Shown piece after piece: positions 25,901 through 38,150 of a stretch of 64,000 nucleotides of DNA. Within the stretch, counting starts at the first letter, position 1; the number at the start of each line of letters is the position of its first letter. The DNA is taken from contig NC_082721.1 in NCBI RefSeq assembly GCF_030144855.1, positions 43,152,001 through 43,216,000 on the forward strand. The letters run 5' to 3'. Source of the stretch: Hypanus sabinus (lineage: Eukaryota). The notes beneath the pieces were generated by a model, which saw only the letters and a program-made list of their open reading frames with translations, made no database searches and was not told where the DNA came from. Made by a program: the position numbers and the translations under genes.

Positions 25901-27420
25901 TGTGATATTTGTGTGTTCTGTCTGTGACCATTTGTGTTTCCCACTGAATCTCTATTTTCCTTGCACTGTGCAGATACGATACTTTAAATTGCCTCTTAGA
26001 GCCATGTGTGAGGAGAATAGAACTGGCATACATGGGGTTACTCTATTGGTAGCTGAAATGAACCCAATGGACTGAATGGCCTCATTACGTGTTTTGCTAA
26101 ATAACACTTTCACAGTTTCTGCTGTAATGTTTAATTACTGACATATTTTCATTGTAAAATTACTACAAATGATATTTTTTCTCCTGTAGAGGGCACTGAG
26201 ATATCACTAACTGGGAAAAGGTTGGTATGAGATTTCCCTTATGGGATCGGTGGGTCTTGGCCATTATATTATGATTGTTTGGTGAATGTATTTCTTTTCC
26301 AGGAACCTTGGGCTGTAATGAATGTGCTGCAGGAAACTGAACATGAGTTATGACTAAATATAGTGAATGAGGGAGCAGTCAGAAAGGAAAACCCTTCCTG
26401 TGGGCGAAGATGCTGTTTAACCTGAAGTCGGTATTGTGGGTATTGAAACTTCCACACAGCTCCATATAACCCTGCTAAGGATGGAGTAGTCTGACTCTGT
26501 TCCTTGACATGGTAAGGAAGATTCCACGAGCGACTGCCAATCAGATCTGAGCTGGCACTTGGCTTTTAATTGAACAGATGGGTCAGAATGGTCCAAGGAC
26601 TTGCTGTGTGGACCTATTTTGAAGTAAAGTCCAGTATTACTAAGTCAGGTGAGATCTTTAGGTCAGTCATGAATGGAAGTAAGTGGATTTCCTCATGATG
26701 ACTGCTTTAGGAAAGGAGCTAGATTGCTCAGCCTTTTGAACTTGCTCTATCCTTCAATGACAGTATGGATAACTTAATATCCCATTACTCCATATTCCAG
26801 GTAACTTTTCACCCTCTTACTGATTTAAAAATACGAATTGAATCTGCTTCCACCGCCCCTTGAGAAAGAAAAGAGTTCCAAAGGTTTATTTTTCTCTGTG
26901 AGAGAAAGAAACTTAGTTTCACATCTTTCCTAAATAGGCAGCCCCTGATTTTTAAACACCAACACCTTGTCTATAGCCATCTGACACCTCTGCAGAACTG
27001 AGGTTCCAATCAATTTCCCTCTGAGACTTCAAAATTGTAGGGGATACAGACCTCACCTTCCCACACAAGATGACATACATATTAGAGTATTGAATTCAGT
27101 AAAAGGGGAGAAATACAAGAGGAAGCAGCATTTCTTCTTGACACTGGCAGAACTACTGGAGAGGCAACCGAGGTACTGGATTTAGACACATCTGTAAAAT
27201 CATGGGTTTATTGGAGCAGGATGGCTTTGTGTAGGGCTGACCATGCCATAAAAAGTTGACTGAGGTCTTTAAGGAGGTGACAAAGATGATTAGGGTAGAG
27301 CAGCAGATTTTGTCTATGTAAATTTTAGAACAGTATTTGACAGCTCCATCAGGTAACCTGATCCAGAAGACTAATTCACTTGGAATCCATGATGACTTTG
27401 TAGACCAGGGGGTGGAGTTT

Positions 27421-27430
27421 CAAGATGGCG
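27421..27430 (+). promoter_or_regulatory. YY1-type motif CAAGATGGCG at the L1 5' end
   Basis: Matches the YY1 consensus, at the same position as the site in the human L1 5' UTR. Confidence 0.6.
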
Positions 27431-27581
27431 ACGTAAGCATCTGCCTTTTAGGCGCTCTTTATTTTTTTAACTATAATCACCCTTTAATTAGATCTTTTCG
27501 AACTTAATCATATGAGTTGCTACCTTTGATTGACCCTTTTTTTCCTAAAATAATAGTTGATCTAATCTTGTCAAACCTAAA

Positions 27582-28442
27582 ATGGCTACAAGTAAGAAAT
27601 CGGCTAAGGATCCTGTATCCATCGACGCAATTTCTGGTCTTTTGGACATTAAACTGGATGTTAAATTTGCGGGTCTGGAAGGCAGACTAGAAGGTAAATT
27701 GGACAGTAAACTGTTAAATTTGGAAAGGAGGATTACTTCGAAAATATCCGATCTTGAAGGAGTTGTTAAATCGCTTGAAACTAAGTTTCAGTCGCAGGCG
27801 TTAGTGGTTCAGCAGCTTGGAAATAAGATCACGACTCTTGAACAATCAATTTGTGAAAAAGCACGTACAATTGAAGTGTTAGAGAAGAAGATAGAGTCGA
27901 CTGCTAAAACTTTAGATCAGTATAAGTTTAAAATTACTGATCTTGAAAATCGTTCTCGCAGACAGAATTTGCGCATCATCGGAATTCCCGAAAAAGTTGA
28001 GTCCGGTGATTTAACTGAATTTTTCTCTAAATTACTGTGGGAAATTTTCGGTGGTGAAGGTTTGAAAAATGAACCTGTTATCGACCGCGCTCATAGAGTT
28101 GCGAGGCTTTCGTCTGTGCCTGATAAACCACGAGCGGTGATTGTTCGCCTTCATTATCCTCGTGAGAAAGAGCTTCTAATTCGGTTAGCTCGTAAAAAAG
28201 GTATGATCTCCTTCAAAAATTACTCATTTCGAATAGTTGAGGATTATTCTTATGAAGTAATGAAAGCCAGGATCGCTTTTAAACCAGTGATGGCAGAGAT
28301 TCATTCGATTGGATTTAAACAAGCTTTAATGTATCCAGCGAAGCTTAGAATGGTGCTGCCCGACAACAGTCTACACTTTTTTAACACTCCTGAAGAAGCG
28401 AAGAAATTTGTTGAAGAATATCGATCCTCTAGTGCAACTTGA
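27582..28442 (+). CDS. L1 ORF1p, intact, 286 aa (coiled coil, RRM, CTD)
   Basis: ATG to TGA open frame with a heptad-rich N-terminus and 'DLENRSRRQNLRIIGIPE', 'IDRAHR', 'RIVEDYS', 'LMYPAKL'. Confidence 0.92.
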   Translation: MATSKKSAKDPVSIDAISGLLDIKLDVKFAGLEGRLEGKLDSKLLNLERRITSKISDLEGVVKSLETKFQSQALVVQQLGNKITTLEQSICEKARTIEVLEKKIESTAKTLDQYKFKITDLENRSRRQNLRIIGIPEKVESGDLTEFFSKLLWEIFGGEGLKNEPVIDRAHRVARLSSVPDKPRAVIVRLHYPREKELLIRLARKKGMISFKNYSFRIVEDYSYEVMKARIAFKPVMAEIHSIGFKQALMYPAKLRMVLPDNSLHFFNTPEEAKKFVEEYRSSSAT

Positions 28443-29079
28443 ACTATGAGTTACATTGAAGATTTTTTTTTGGAGAGAGGATGTCATTTCATTTTAAGTT
28501 TTAACCCTGGAAGTTGGGTTATAACTTTTTATTTTGAACTATGGGTCTGGGTCTTTTTTTTTACTACTATTATTATTGCTTATAGATGCTGTTTTAATTT
28601 TTATAATATCCTTTTTTATACACGTTTGTATTTTGTAATAATGAATTATTTTTTCAAAATGTCGTTTCTTCTTCCCATAAGTCTTTACTTTTTATAAGCG
28701 TTTATTTGCTTGCCTGTATTTAGAAATGGAACAAAGGTTTTGAATTCTTTTTTTGTAGTGTCTATTAAATCTTTTTTTTAAAAAAATTCTATTTTGATAA
28801 CTTTTTTTTAATTAAATTTTCTTATTAGATTGCTGAATTTATATTCATATTTTGTAATATGGCTTTCTCAAAATGTCGTTTCTTCTTCCCATAAGTCTTG
28901 GCTTGTGAAACGTCATCTTTGTATCTGAATATGGAATTTCTTTTTTAAAGGTGTATTACATTTTTAAACTTTAATGTTCATTTTTTTTATTAATGATTTT
29001 TCTGGTTTTACTATTTTAGTTTTTTTTTTATTTGTCTGATATGTGTGTGTATGTGTATGTATATATATATATATGTAGG

Positions 29080-29110
<31 letters not shown>

Positions 29111-29438
29111 TGCAACTCTATATTTTAATTAGGGTGTTATATAGTTTTTTCTTAAAAAATTTTCTTATGGAGCTGCCATCTTGAAATGGGGGTAATATTA
29201 GTATTAGTTTATGCGCCTGCCGCTTGGCTTTCTTTCAAAGGGTGGGGGGAGGGGGGAGGGATCTTTTTTCATGCTTTTGCTTTTTATTTTTTTGCTTTTA
29301 GTTTATGGGCTGACTTTAAATTGTTAATATTGTTGAGGTGTCAGGATCTCCGTTTGCTCCTGAATCAATTTTCCTTCTTCCTAAATTGTGGGTTATGTGT
29401 CTTTTTAACCTTTTATGATACACACAATTAATATTGGT

Positions 29439-32400
29439 ATGATGGATAAATCTATTAACTTTATCTCGTGGAATACTAATGGTTTAAATCATCCGATTAA
29501 ACGTAAAAAAATATTTAAAGTATTCCATAGATTGAACGCTAATATTATTTTTGCACAGGAGACCCATATTAGGAGGGAGGATAATCAACGTTTTTTTAGG
29601 TTCTGAAAAGGTCAACAATTTCACTCAAATTGTACCGCTAAAATTAGGGGTGTGTCTATTTTTATAGACGCCTCAATTTCGTTTACACATTATGAAATTA
29701 TTTCTGATCCACAGGGTAGATTTTTGTTGATAACTGGTTCACTTTTTAATCGGAAAGTTGTTTTAGTTAATATTTATGCTCCAAACTTTGATTGTCCTGA
29801 ATTTTTTAAACGTTTATTTACTTCTCTTCCTAATTTGAATGAATATATGTTGATTATGGGTGGAGACTTTAATTGTTGTTTGAATCCTTCGATGGATAGA
29901 TCTAAACCTATTCGAACTCTTCCGAATAGATCAGCTTTACTTATTAATTCTTTTATGGTTGATTCTGGAATTACAGAAATATGGCGGTTTTTGAACCCTA
30001 AAGATAAAGAATTTTCATTTTTTTCACATGTATATCATAGTTATTCTAGAATTGATTATTTTCTTATTGATCATCGTTTATTAACAGATGTTATTGATTG
30101 TAAATACGATTCTATTGCTATTTCGGATCATGCGCCTTTGAAGTTATCTATCAAGATTCCGGACTCTTCTATCAATACTAGATCTTGGAGACTTAATGCT
30201 ACTTTACTTCAAGATCCAGAATTTATTACCTTCATAAAACAACAAATTGACTTATTTTTTTCAACAAACTATAATGAAGAAATTGATAAAGGAATACTTT
30301 GGGACTCTTTCAAGGCTTTTATTCGTGGACAAATTATTTCATATTCCGCTGGTAAAAGAAAACAAAGATATTCAGATATAGCTTTATTGGTGGATAAAAT
30401 TAAAGAAATTGATAAGATTTATTCCGTTACTCCTACCAAAGAACTTTATAAGAAGAGAGTTGAGCTTCAAATGGAACATAGTTTATTATTATCTTCTTCA
30501 ATTGAGAATCAATTAATTAAGACTAGGGCTCAATTTTATATTCATAGTGATCGAACTGGTAAATTGTTAGCTAATCAATTAAAGGCTATTTCGACTAAGC
30601 GACAAATTATTAAAATTCGTAAACAAGACGGTAATTTAACTACTGATTATAAAGAAATCAATAACACTTTTCAAGATTTTTATAAATCTTTATATCAATC
30701 AGAATTTGATGGTGACCGGTTTACGATGGATAATTTTTTTAATAACTTGAATATTCCTAAACTGATAGATGAAGATTGTAGCTTGTTTGATGCTCCTATT
30801 TCTATGGATGAAATAAGAGAGGCTATTTCATCAATGAATTCAGGGAAAGCTCCTGGTCCTGATGGTTTTATTGTAGAATTTTTTAAAACTTTTTCTTTAT
30901 TGCTTTCTCCTTGGCTATGTGAAATCTTTAATGATGCGTTTGTTAAGAAGAGACTACCTCAATCGTTTTATGAAGCTACTATCTCTCTAATTCTTAAAAA
31001 AGATAAAGATCCTACTTTATGTGCATCTTATCGCCCTATATCATTATTAAATGTAGACTCTAAGATTCTTACAAAAATTTTAGCCATTAGATTAGAAAAG
31101 GTATTACCACAGATTATTTCAGAAGATCAAACTGGTTTTATTAGGAATCGGTATTCCTTTTTTAATATTAGAAAATTGATTAACATAATTTATACTTCAT
31201 CACCTACAACCCCAGAATGTGTTATCTCATTAGATGCTGAAAAAGCCTTTGATAGAGTTGAATGGACATATTTATTTAATGCATTGAGAAACTTTAATTT
31301 TAGTCCTAATTTTATATCATGGATTAAATTAATATATTATAAACCTGTTGCTTCTGTTCTTACAAATAATTATAGATCCTCTTTTTTTCAATTATCTCGT
31401 GGTACGAGACAAGGTTGTCCTTTAAGTCCTTTATTATTTAATATTGCATTAGAACCTTTAGCTATTGCTATTCGTGAGTCTCCTAATATTTTTGGTATTA
31501 CCCGTAATGAGAAGTTATACAAATTATCGCTTTATGCTGATGATTTGTTGTTATATATTTCTAATCCTAGTAGGTCTATTCCTGCTATTTTATCCTTGTT
31601 GGCTCAATTTGGTAGCTTTTCTGGTTATAAGTTAAACTTAGATAAGAGTGAGTTATTCCCTTTAAACGCGCAAACTTTATTGAGTGATAGGATGCCATTT
31701 AAAGTTGTTACTGATAACTTTATCTATTTAGGTATAAAAATCACCAAGAAATATAAAGATTTATTCGGACTGAATTTTTTACCTATGCTTCATCAAATTC
31801 AGCAACTTACTACTAGATGGTCTCCCTTATTTTTATCATTAGTTGGTCGGATTAATGCTATTAAAATGATGATTTTACCGAAATTTTTATATTTATTCCA
31901 AGCTTTACCAATTTTTATTCCTAAATCTTTTTTTGATAATATTGATTCAAAAATTTCCTCATTTGTGTGGCAAAATAAAAATCCTAGGTTAAGCAAAAGG
32001 CAATTACAAAAGTCTAAAAAAGATGGTGGTCTAGCTTTACCTAACTTTAGATTTTATTATTGGGCGAATAATATTCGTAACCTAATGTACTGGAAACTAG
32101 ATTTGGATTCACCTGTGTGCCCACAGTGGGTAAATTTGGAATGTAGTGAGGTTAAGGGATATTCTATATTTTCCGTTCTTGGTTCTTTTCTTCCTATTGA
32201 TTTAGCCAAATTCAATAAACAGATATCTAACCCTGTTGTTAAACATACACTACGAATTTGGTTTCAATTTCGCAAATTCTTTAATCTGAAAAACTTTGCT
32301 CTGGACAGCCCTATTTTATGTAATTTTTTTTTTAAACCTTCATTGACAGATCAAGCTTTTAGTATATGGAAAAGGAAAGGTATAAAATGTTTTCGTGATC

Positions 32401-33224
32401 TTTTTTTTGAAGGTACTTTGATGTCTTTTGATCAACTATCCAACAAATTTGAATTACCTAAATCTAATTTTTTTAGATACTTACAAATTAGAAATTTCTT
32501 ACATAAAATTCTTCCATCTTTTCCTAACTCAACTCCATCGGATTTTTCAGATTTGATTTTTACTTTTAATCCTTGTCAGAAGGGATTAGTAGCTTTTATT
32601 TATAACATGATTATGAAGATACAGTCAGAAATATCGGATAGAATTAGACAAGAATGGGAAAAAGAACTTCGATGTAATATATCAACAGATAAATGGGAAA
32701 AAATTTTACAAATGGTTAATTCCTCCTCTATTTGTGCTAAACATGCTTTAATACAATTTAAAATTGTACATAGAGCTTATATGTCTAAAGATAAGCTTGC
32801 CCGATTTTATTCGCATATTAATCCTCAATGTGACAGATGTCACTTAGAAGTGGCTTCATTGACTCACATGTTTTGGACATGTCCCACTTTACATAACTAT
32901 TGGAAGGACATTTTTGATGTCATTTCCTCAGTATGGAATATTGATTTACAACCCCATTTTATTACTGCAATTTTCGGTATACCAAATGAAGATGGCAATC
33001 AGCTTTCCCCTTCAATCAGACGAATGATTGCCTTTGTAACATTAATTGCCAGAAGGTCTATATTACAAAATTGGAAAGAAGTAAATCCTCCTACTACATT
33101 TCAGTGGTTCTCCCAAACTATTTCTTATCTGAGTTTGGAAAAAATCAGAAGCACTATCTTTGATTCTTCAATTAAATTTGAAGAAACCTGGGGACCATTT
33201 ATTCGACACTTTCATATGAATTAA
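29439..33224 (+). pseudogene. L1 ORF2p (endonuclease, RT, Cys-rich C-terminus) with one in-frame TGA at 29604-29606
   Basis: ORFs 29415-29606 and 29652-33224 share a frame. The sibling copy has TGG at the equivalent codon (~52255). Motifs SWNTNG, QETH, GGDFN, SDH, QGCPLSP, YADD and C..C...HMFWTC. Confidence 0.93.
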
Positions 33225-34159
33225 TTTGGCCTATTTCAGATCCTTTTCTCTACTTATACTTGTTCAGGTATGGAGTTCCGGAGTTCTTTTCTTGACACCT
33301 TTATATATTTATAAAGTGCTATTATTGCCCATGTTAGTTTTAGTTTAGTATTTTTTTTCAATATATATTTTTTCTCATATATAATTTCAATTTTTTTTTT
33401 CTTTTTTCGATGATTATTTTTGTTTTTTTTTCATATATATTTATATAGACTTGATTGATTTATGTACCTTTTGTTGATGGATGTTTTAATAGGATATTAT
33501 TATCCTATTACCAATGTAATCTCAAGTTTATTGAATCTGTAATCTATTCATTATTATTTGTTGTTTTTTTTTATATATATGAAATTTAATAAAAAGATTG
33601 AAAAAGAAAAAGAAAGACTTTGTAGACCAGATTTAAAACTGATTAGCCATGGAAGACAGAGGGTAGTGATGGAAGGGCAATATCCAGGTTTCAGGACCAT
33701 GGCCAGTGGTGTTCCACAGGGATCAGTGCTTGCACCTCTGTTGTTTACAATGTGCAGTAAATGATGGATGAAAACACAGAGTGGCTGATTAGTAGGCTTG
33801 CAGATGGTAAAAAGAATATGAAAAGTGTTTGCATTATACCAGATGTGATCTCAGCAGAGCTTCTTTGAACAGAAACACAGAATGCTGAATTGAGATAAGC
33901 TACTTGGTGCTGATAGATAAGCCGCCTGGATTAGATAGACTACATCCCAGGGTTCTGAAAGGTAGCTGATAAAGATTGTGGAAGAATTAATAGTTATCTT
34001 TCAAGAACATTAGATTATGCAATAGTTTTGGAGGACTGAAAATTGCAAATGGTATTGCACTCCTTAAGAAGGGAGTGATGCAAAAGACAGAATATTAAAT
34101 CCAGAAGTTGGCAAGGTATTAGAGTCCTTTCTTAAGCTTTTGGAGTACCTGGAGACACT

Positions 34160-34370
34160 TAGTCTAGTGTATGTGAGTCCTTGCCATCACAGTAACACAA
34201 TTTGTTTGGCCAGGCTAGTTACTAACTGTTTTAGTAGGTTAACTGGTCATTGTAAATTGCCCCATGATTAGGTTAGGCTTAAATCAGGGGTTTCTGAGCT
34301 ACATGGGCTGAAGAGCTGGAAGGGCCTTTTCCACACTGTATCTCAGAATAAATACAAATAAAAAACTAGA
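34160..34370 (+). mobile_element. SINE/L2-type 3' fragment
   Basis: 'GTAGGTTAACTGGTCATTGTAAATTGCCC...AAGGGCC...CTGTATCTC..AATAAA' resembles shark/ray SINE tails (from recall, not searched). Confidence 0.5.
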
Positions 34371-34399
34371 TAGACAGGTTTGTGTGTGTGTGTGTATGT

Positions 34400-36030
34400 G
34401 CGCGATGAACCCATCAGACCAGCGAGGGGTATCCGGTAGCAGTAGGTTTCGACGCATGTGAATGTCACTTTTTTAAGTATATTGGAATTATTTTAATGAC
34501 TACTTTTGTCATTAAGCAGATGACATTTTCAGGATGCTTGTCATGTGAATATGATTTCCTGTGCTTCTTGTTCTTGGGCAATTAGTTTTTGATTTTGACC
34601 GCATGGGTTTGATGTTCCAGAAGGTTATACTGGACCAGTGCTCATTGCTGAGTCCTGGAGTTTCATTCTGTGAGCTCTAGTCCTGAGTAAGTGAGCTCTT
34701 AGTTTGATTATTCTTTATATTATTCTGCAAATAGATGTTCATCATTAATATCTTCTATCTGCAAAGTCCTGAGTTTAATCTGTACCCTAGTTCACTCATC
34801 TGAATATTATGACAGCAAGACACAACGGGGACTGACGGCATGAAAAGCATCTCCGTGAAATACTTGCATCATTGCAGAAGGTCTCTGGTTTCACACACTT
34901 GCCTGTGTGTCCTGCAACATATTCCCAGAACTACCATGGAGAGTCAGTTAATCTGCTGGCCTGGAGTGATACAATGGGGACACTGAATCTTGCCCCGAGT
35001 TCTTACATCAGTGCTCCATTGTCTTTGAGTTAGAGCTTGCAGGGTTCCCTTTGGACAGGTGTAAGGAGGCCTATATAATTTCCCCTCTCTCGGGCAGAGC
35101 CCTTTCATGGGCAGCCACTTTATGGTAGAAGGATGCTGCTGTGTATTCTGATATGAAGCTATTTCTAAGAATGATGAGGAAAATATTCTGTCATCCTACT
35201 GGGGTCCTAGAGGGAGACAGTAGACTCCTGCAATGGCATCAGGGAGTGTGGTCCATGGCTGACTATTCCATTGATTCCTGTACCCTTGAGGCAGGGAGCA
35301 GGTGCGACAATGAGGTTTTGGTTGCTCTGTTTTGACCGTGATTAAATGACTGGTTTAAAGATGTTGCTGCATCTAGGGACCAGACAGAGGATTTGGAGGA
35401 ATTTATGGCATGACCATAAGAATTGACAATCATATTTCTGAAAGAAGACTGGAGAGATGTGGTGAGTTCACCCAGATGGCAGGTTTTCAGAAATACTCAA
35501 TTCCTCAATCTGATAGCCAAAGCAGATCCGCACAATCATCTCTGGAAAATCCCATGTAACCTGGAAGAACTCTGGTCTCCCCAGCAGAGCGAGAGGCATG
35601 TATGAGGCAGAGGCGTTGCTAGTACTGTGGTACAGCTGGCCACTTCCAAGTCACCGGCTCCAGGTTGTTGGGAAAACTCGAATGACAGCTCATTGAGTGG
35701 AAAACTCTTAAAGATAGTCTCAAGACCTTCTTCCGCTTTGTCAAGTTCTGGAGTGGTTTTATCATACCTATTACCTTGGGGGAGACATCAACGTTCTGTG
35801 AGAGCCTTGGAAGAAGCTGGCTCATCAGGGGATATTTTGGACATTGGACTGGCTGAGATAATCCAAGTTCCTAAGGTACGCCTCTACCATCCTGTCTGTA
35901 ATATGACCCTGGATGGTAGACTGTTGGATTATGGACATATCCTTCATCTTTCTGTCCTCTCAAGTTGACTATTGGAAGTCATGGGGATCCAATTCATTTC
36001 CATCTTATTCATTCTCCAGGCATACGCCTA
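34400..36030 (+). mobile_element. Sushi-type Gypsy relic, copy 2
   Basis: ORF 35141-35335 'FLRMMRKIFCHP...MADYSIDS'. Roughly 80% identical by eye to 14.2-15.5 kb. Confidence 0.75.
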
Positions 36031-36039
36031 ATAAGACCA

Positions 36040-38150
36040 CAAGATACAGAAGCAGAATAAAGCCATTAGGCCCATCGACTCTGCTCCAGAATTTCATCAT
36101 GTTGGATTCATTTTCCTTTTCAGCTCCAATCTCCTGTCTTCTCTTTGTATCTTTTCATGCCCTGACTGATCAAGAATCTAATCAACCTCTGCCTTAAATA
36201 TATCCACTGACCTGGCCTCCCACTCACCTGTGGCAATAAATTCCATAGATTCACCACTCTCCGGCTGAATAAATTCCTCATCATCTCTATTTTAAAAGTG
36301 TGCCTCTATTTGTGGCTGAGTCCTCTGGTCTTGTACTGCCCCACCATAGGGAACATCATTTCCATATCCACTCTATCGAGGCCTTTCAACATTCAATAGC
36401 ATTCAATGAAGTCACTCCTCATTCTTTTGAATTCCAGTGAGTAGAGGCCCAGAGCCATAAACTGCTCCTCATATGATCAGTTTTTCAATCCCAGAATCAT
36501 TTTTGTGAACCTCCTTTGAACCCTGTCCAATGTCAGTACATCTGTTCTTAGATAAGGGGCCCAAAACTTCTCAAAATACTCACCTGTGCTTTATAAAGCC
36601 TTAGCATTATATCCTTGCTTTTGTATTCCAATCCTTTCAAAGTGAATGCTAACAGTGCATTTGCCTTCTTCACCACTGAGTCAACTTGCAATTTAACCTT
36701 CAGGGAATCCTGCAGAAAGACTCCCAAGTCCTTTCGCATCTCAGAGTTTTAAAATTTCTCTCCATTTAGAAAATAGTCTACCCTTTTATTTCTTATACCA
36801 ACATGCATGGCCAGACACTTCCTGACACTGTACTCCATTTGCCACTTGGCCCATTCTCCACATCTGTCTAAGTCCTTTTGTAGTTGCTCTACTTGATCAA
36901 AGCTACCAGCCCTCCACCTATTTTGATATTATCCAGAAACCTGGCCAGCAACCATTTCCAGAATCCAAGTCCACACCCCTGTAGAACAGCATGAGTCCCA
37001 AGCAGCCAACCAGAAAAGGCTTCCTTTATTCCCCATCTTTGTCTTCTGCCAATTAGCCAATCCTCCATCCATGCTAGTATCTTTCTGGTCATACCACGGC
37101 TATTAACCTGTTAAGCAGCCTCTTGTACGGCATCTTGTCAAAGGTCTTCTGAAAATCCAAGTGCACAACATGCAATTCTCCTTTGCCTAAGCTGCTTGTT
37201 ATTTCTTCAAAGAATTCTGACAGAACTATCAGACCAGGTTTTCCATTAAGGAAACCACACTGACTAAGGCCTATTTTATCACATTCCTCAAGTACACCTA
37301 AACTACTTCTTTAACAATCGACTCCAACATCTTCTAATCACTCAGACTAACCAGCCAATAGTTTCCTTTCTTTTGCCTCTTTTCCTTCTTGAAGAATGGA
37401 ATGACATTTGCATTTTTCCATTACTCTGGTACCATACCAGAATCAATAGATTCTTGAAAGATCAGCAATGATGCTTCTACAATCTCTTTAGATACCTCTT
37501 TCAGACACCTGGAGTGTATACCATCTGGTCCAGGTGACTTACCTACCTTCAGACCTTTCAGTTTCCCAATAACCTTCTCCCTAGTAATGGCAATTTCACA
37601 CACTCCTGCCGCATGACTCACATGAAGTTCCTGCACACTGCTAGTGTCTTCCACAGTGAAGGCTGATGGAAGTGCATCTGCCATTTTCTTGTCCCTCTTT
37701 ACTACCTCTCCAGCCTCATTTTCAGCATGCCAATATCTTCTCTTGCTTCTCTCTTGCACTTCATGTATCAAAAGAAACTTTTGATATCTTCTTTAATAAT
37801 ATTGGCTTGCTTACCTTTGTGTTCCATTTTTGCTGTCTTTGCGACTTTTTAGTTTGCTTCTGTTGGTTTTAAAACACTTCCCAATCCTCTAATTTTCCAC
37901 TATCTTTTGCTCTACTATATGCCCTCTGTTTGGCTTTAATGTTGGCTTTGACTTTTATCAGCCACGGTTGTGTTGTCCTGCCTTTAGGATGCTCCTTCCT
38001 CTTTGGGATGCATTTATCCTGCACCTTCCAAGTTGCTCCCAGAAAGTCTATCCATTACAACTTTCCTGTCATCTCTGCCAGTGCTCTTCTCCTATAAATT
38101 TTGGTCAGCTCCTCCCTCATGCTTCTCTAATTTCCTTTTCTCCACTGTAA
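36040..38150 (-). mobile_element. Decayed CR1 LINE
   Basis: 'GKSPGPDGIHSRCLKEV', 'DLGVFLQDSLKV' and a CR1 3' UTR at ~36040-36110. Confidence 0.82.

Larger units (their letters stand above)
27408..33615 (+). mobile_element. Full-length (~6.2 kb) L1-clade LINE, nearly intact
   Basis: 15-bp TSD GACTTTGTAGACCAG at 27394-27408 and 33616-33630 (last G ambiguous with the element's first base). 5' end GGGGGTGGAGTTTCAAGATGGCG, two ORFs, AATAAA at 33588-33593 and an A-rich tail. Confidence 0.97.
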
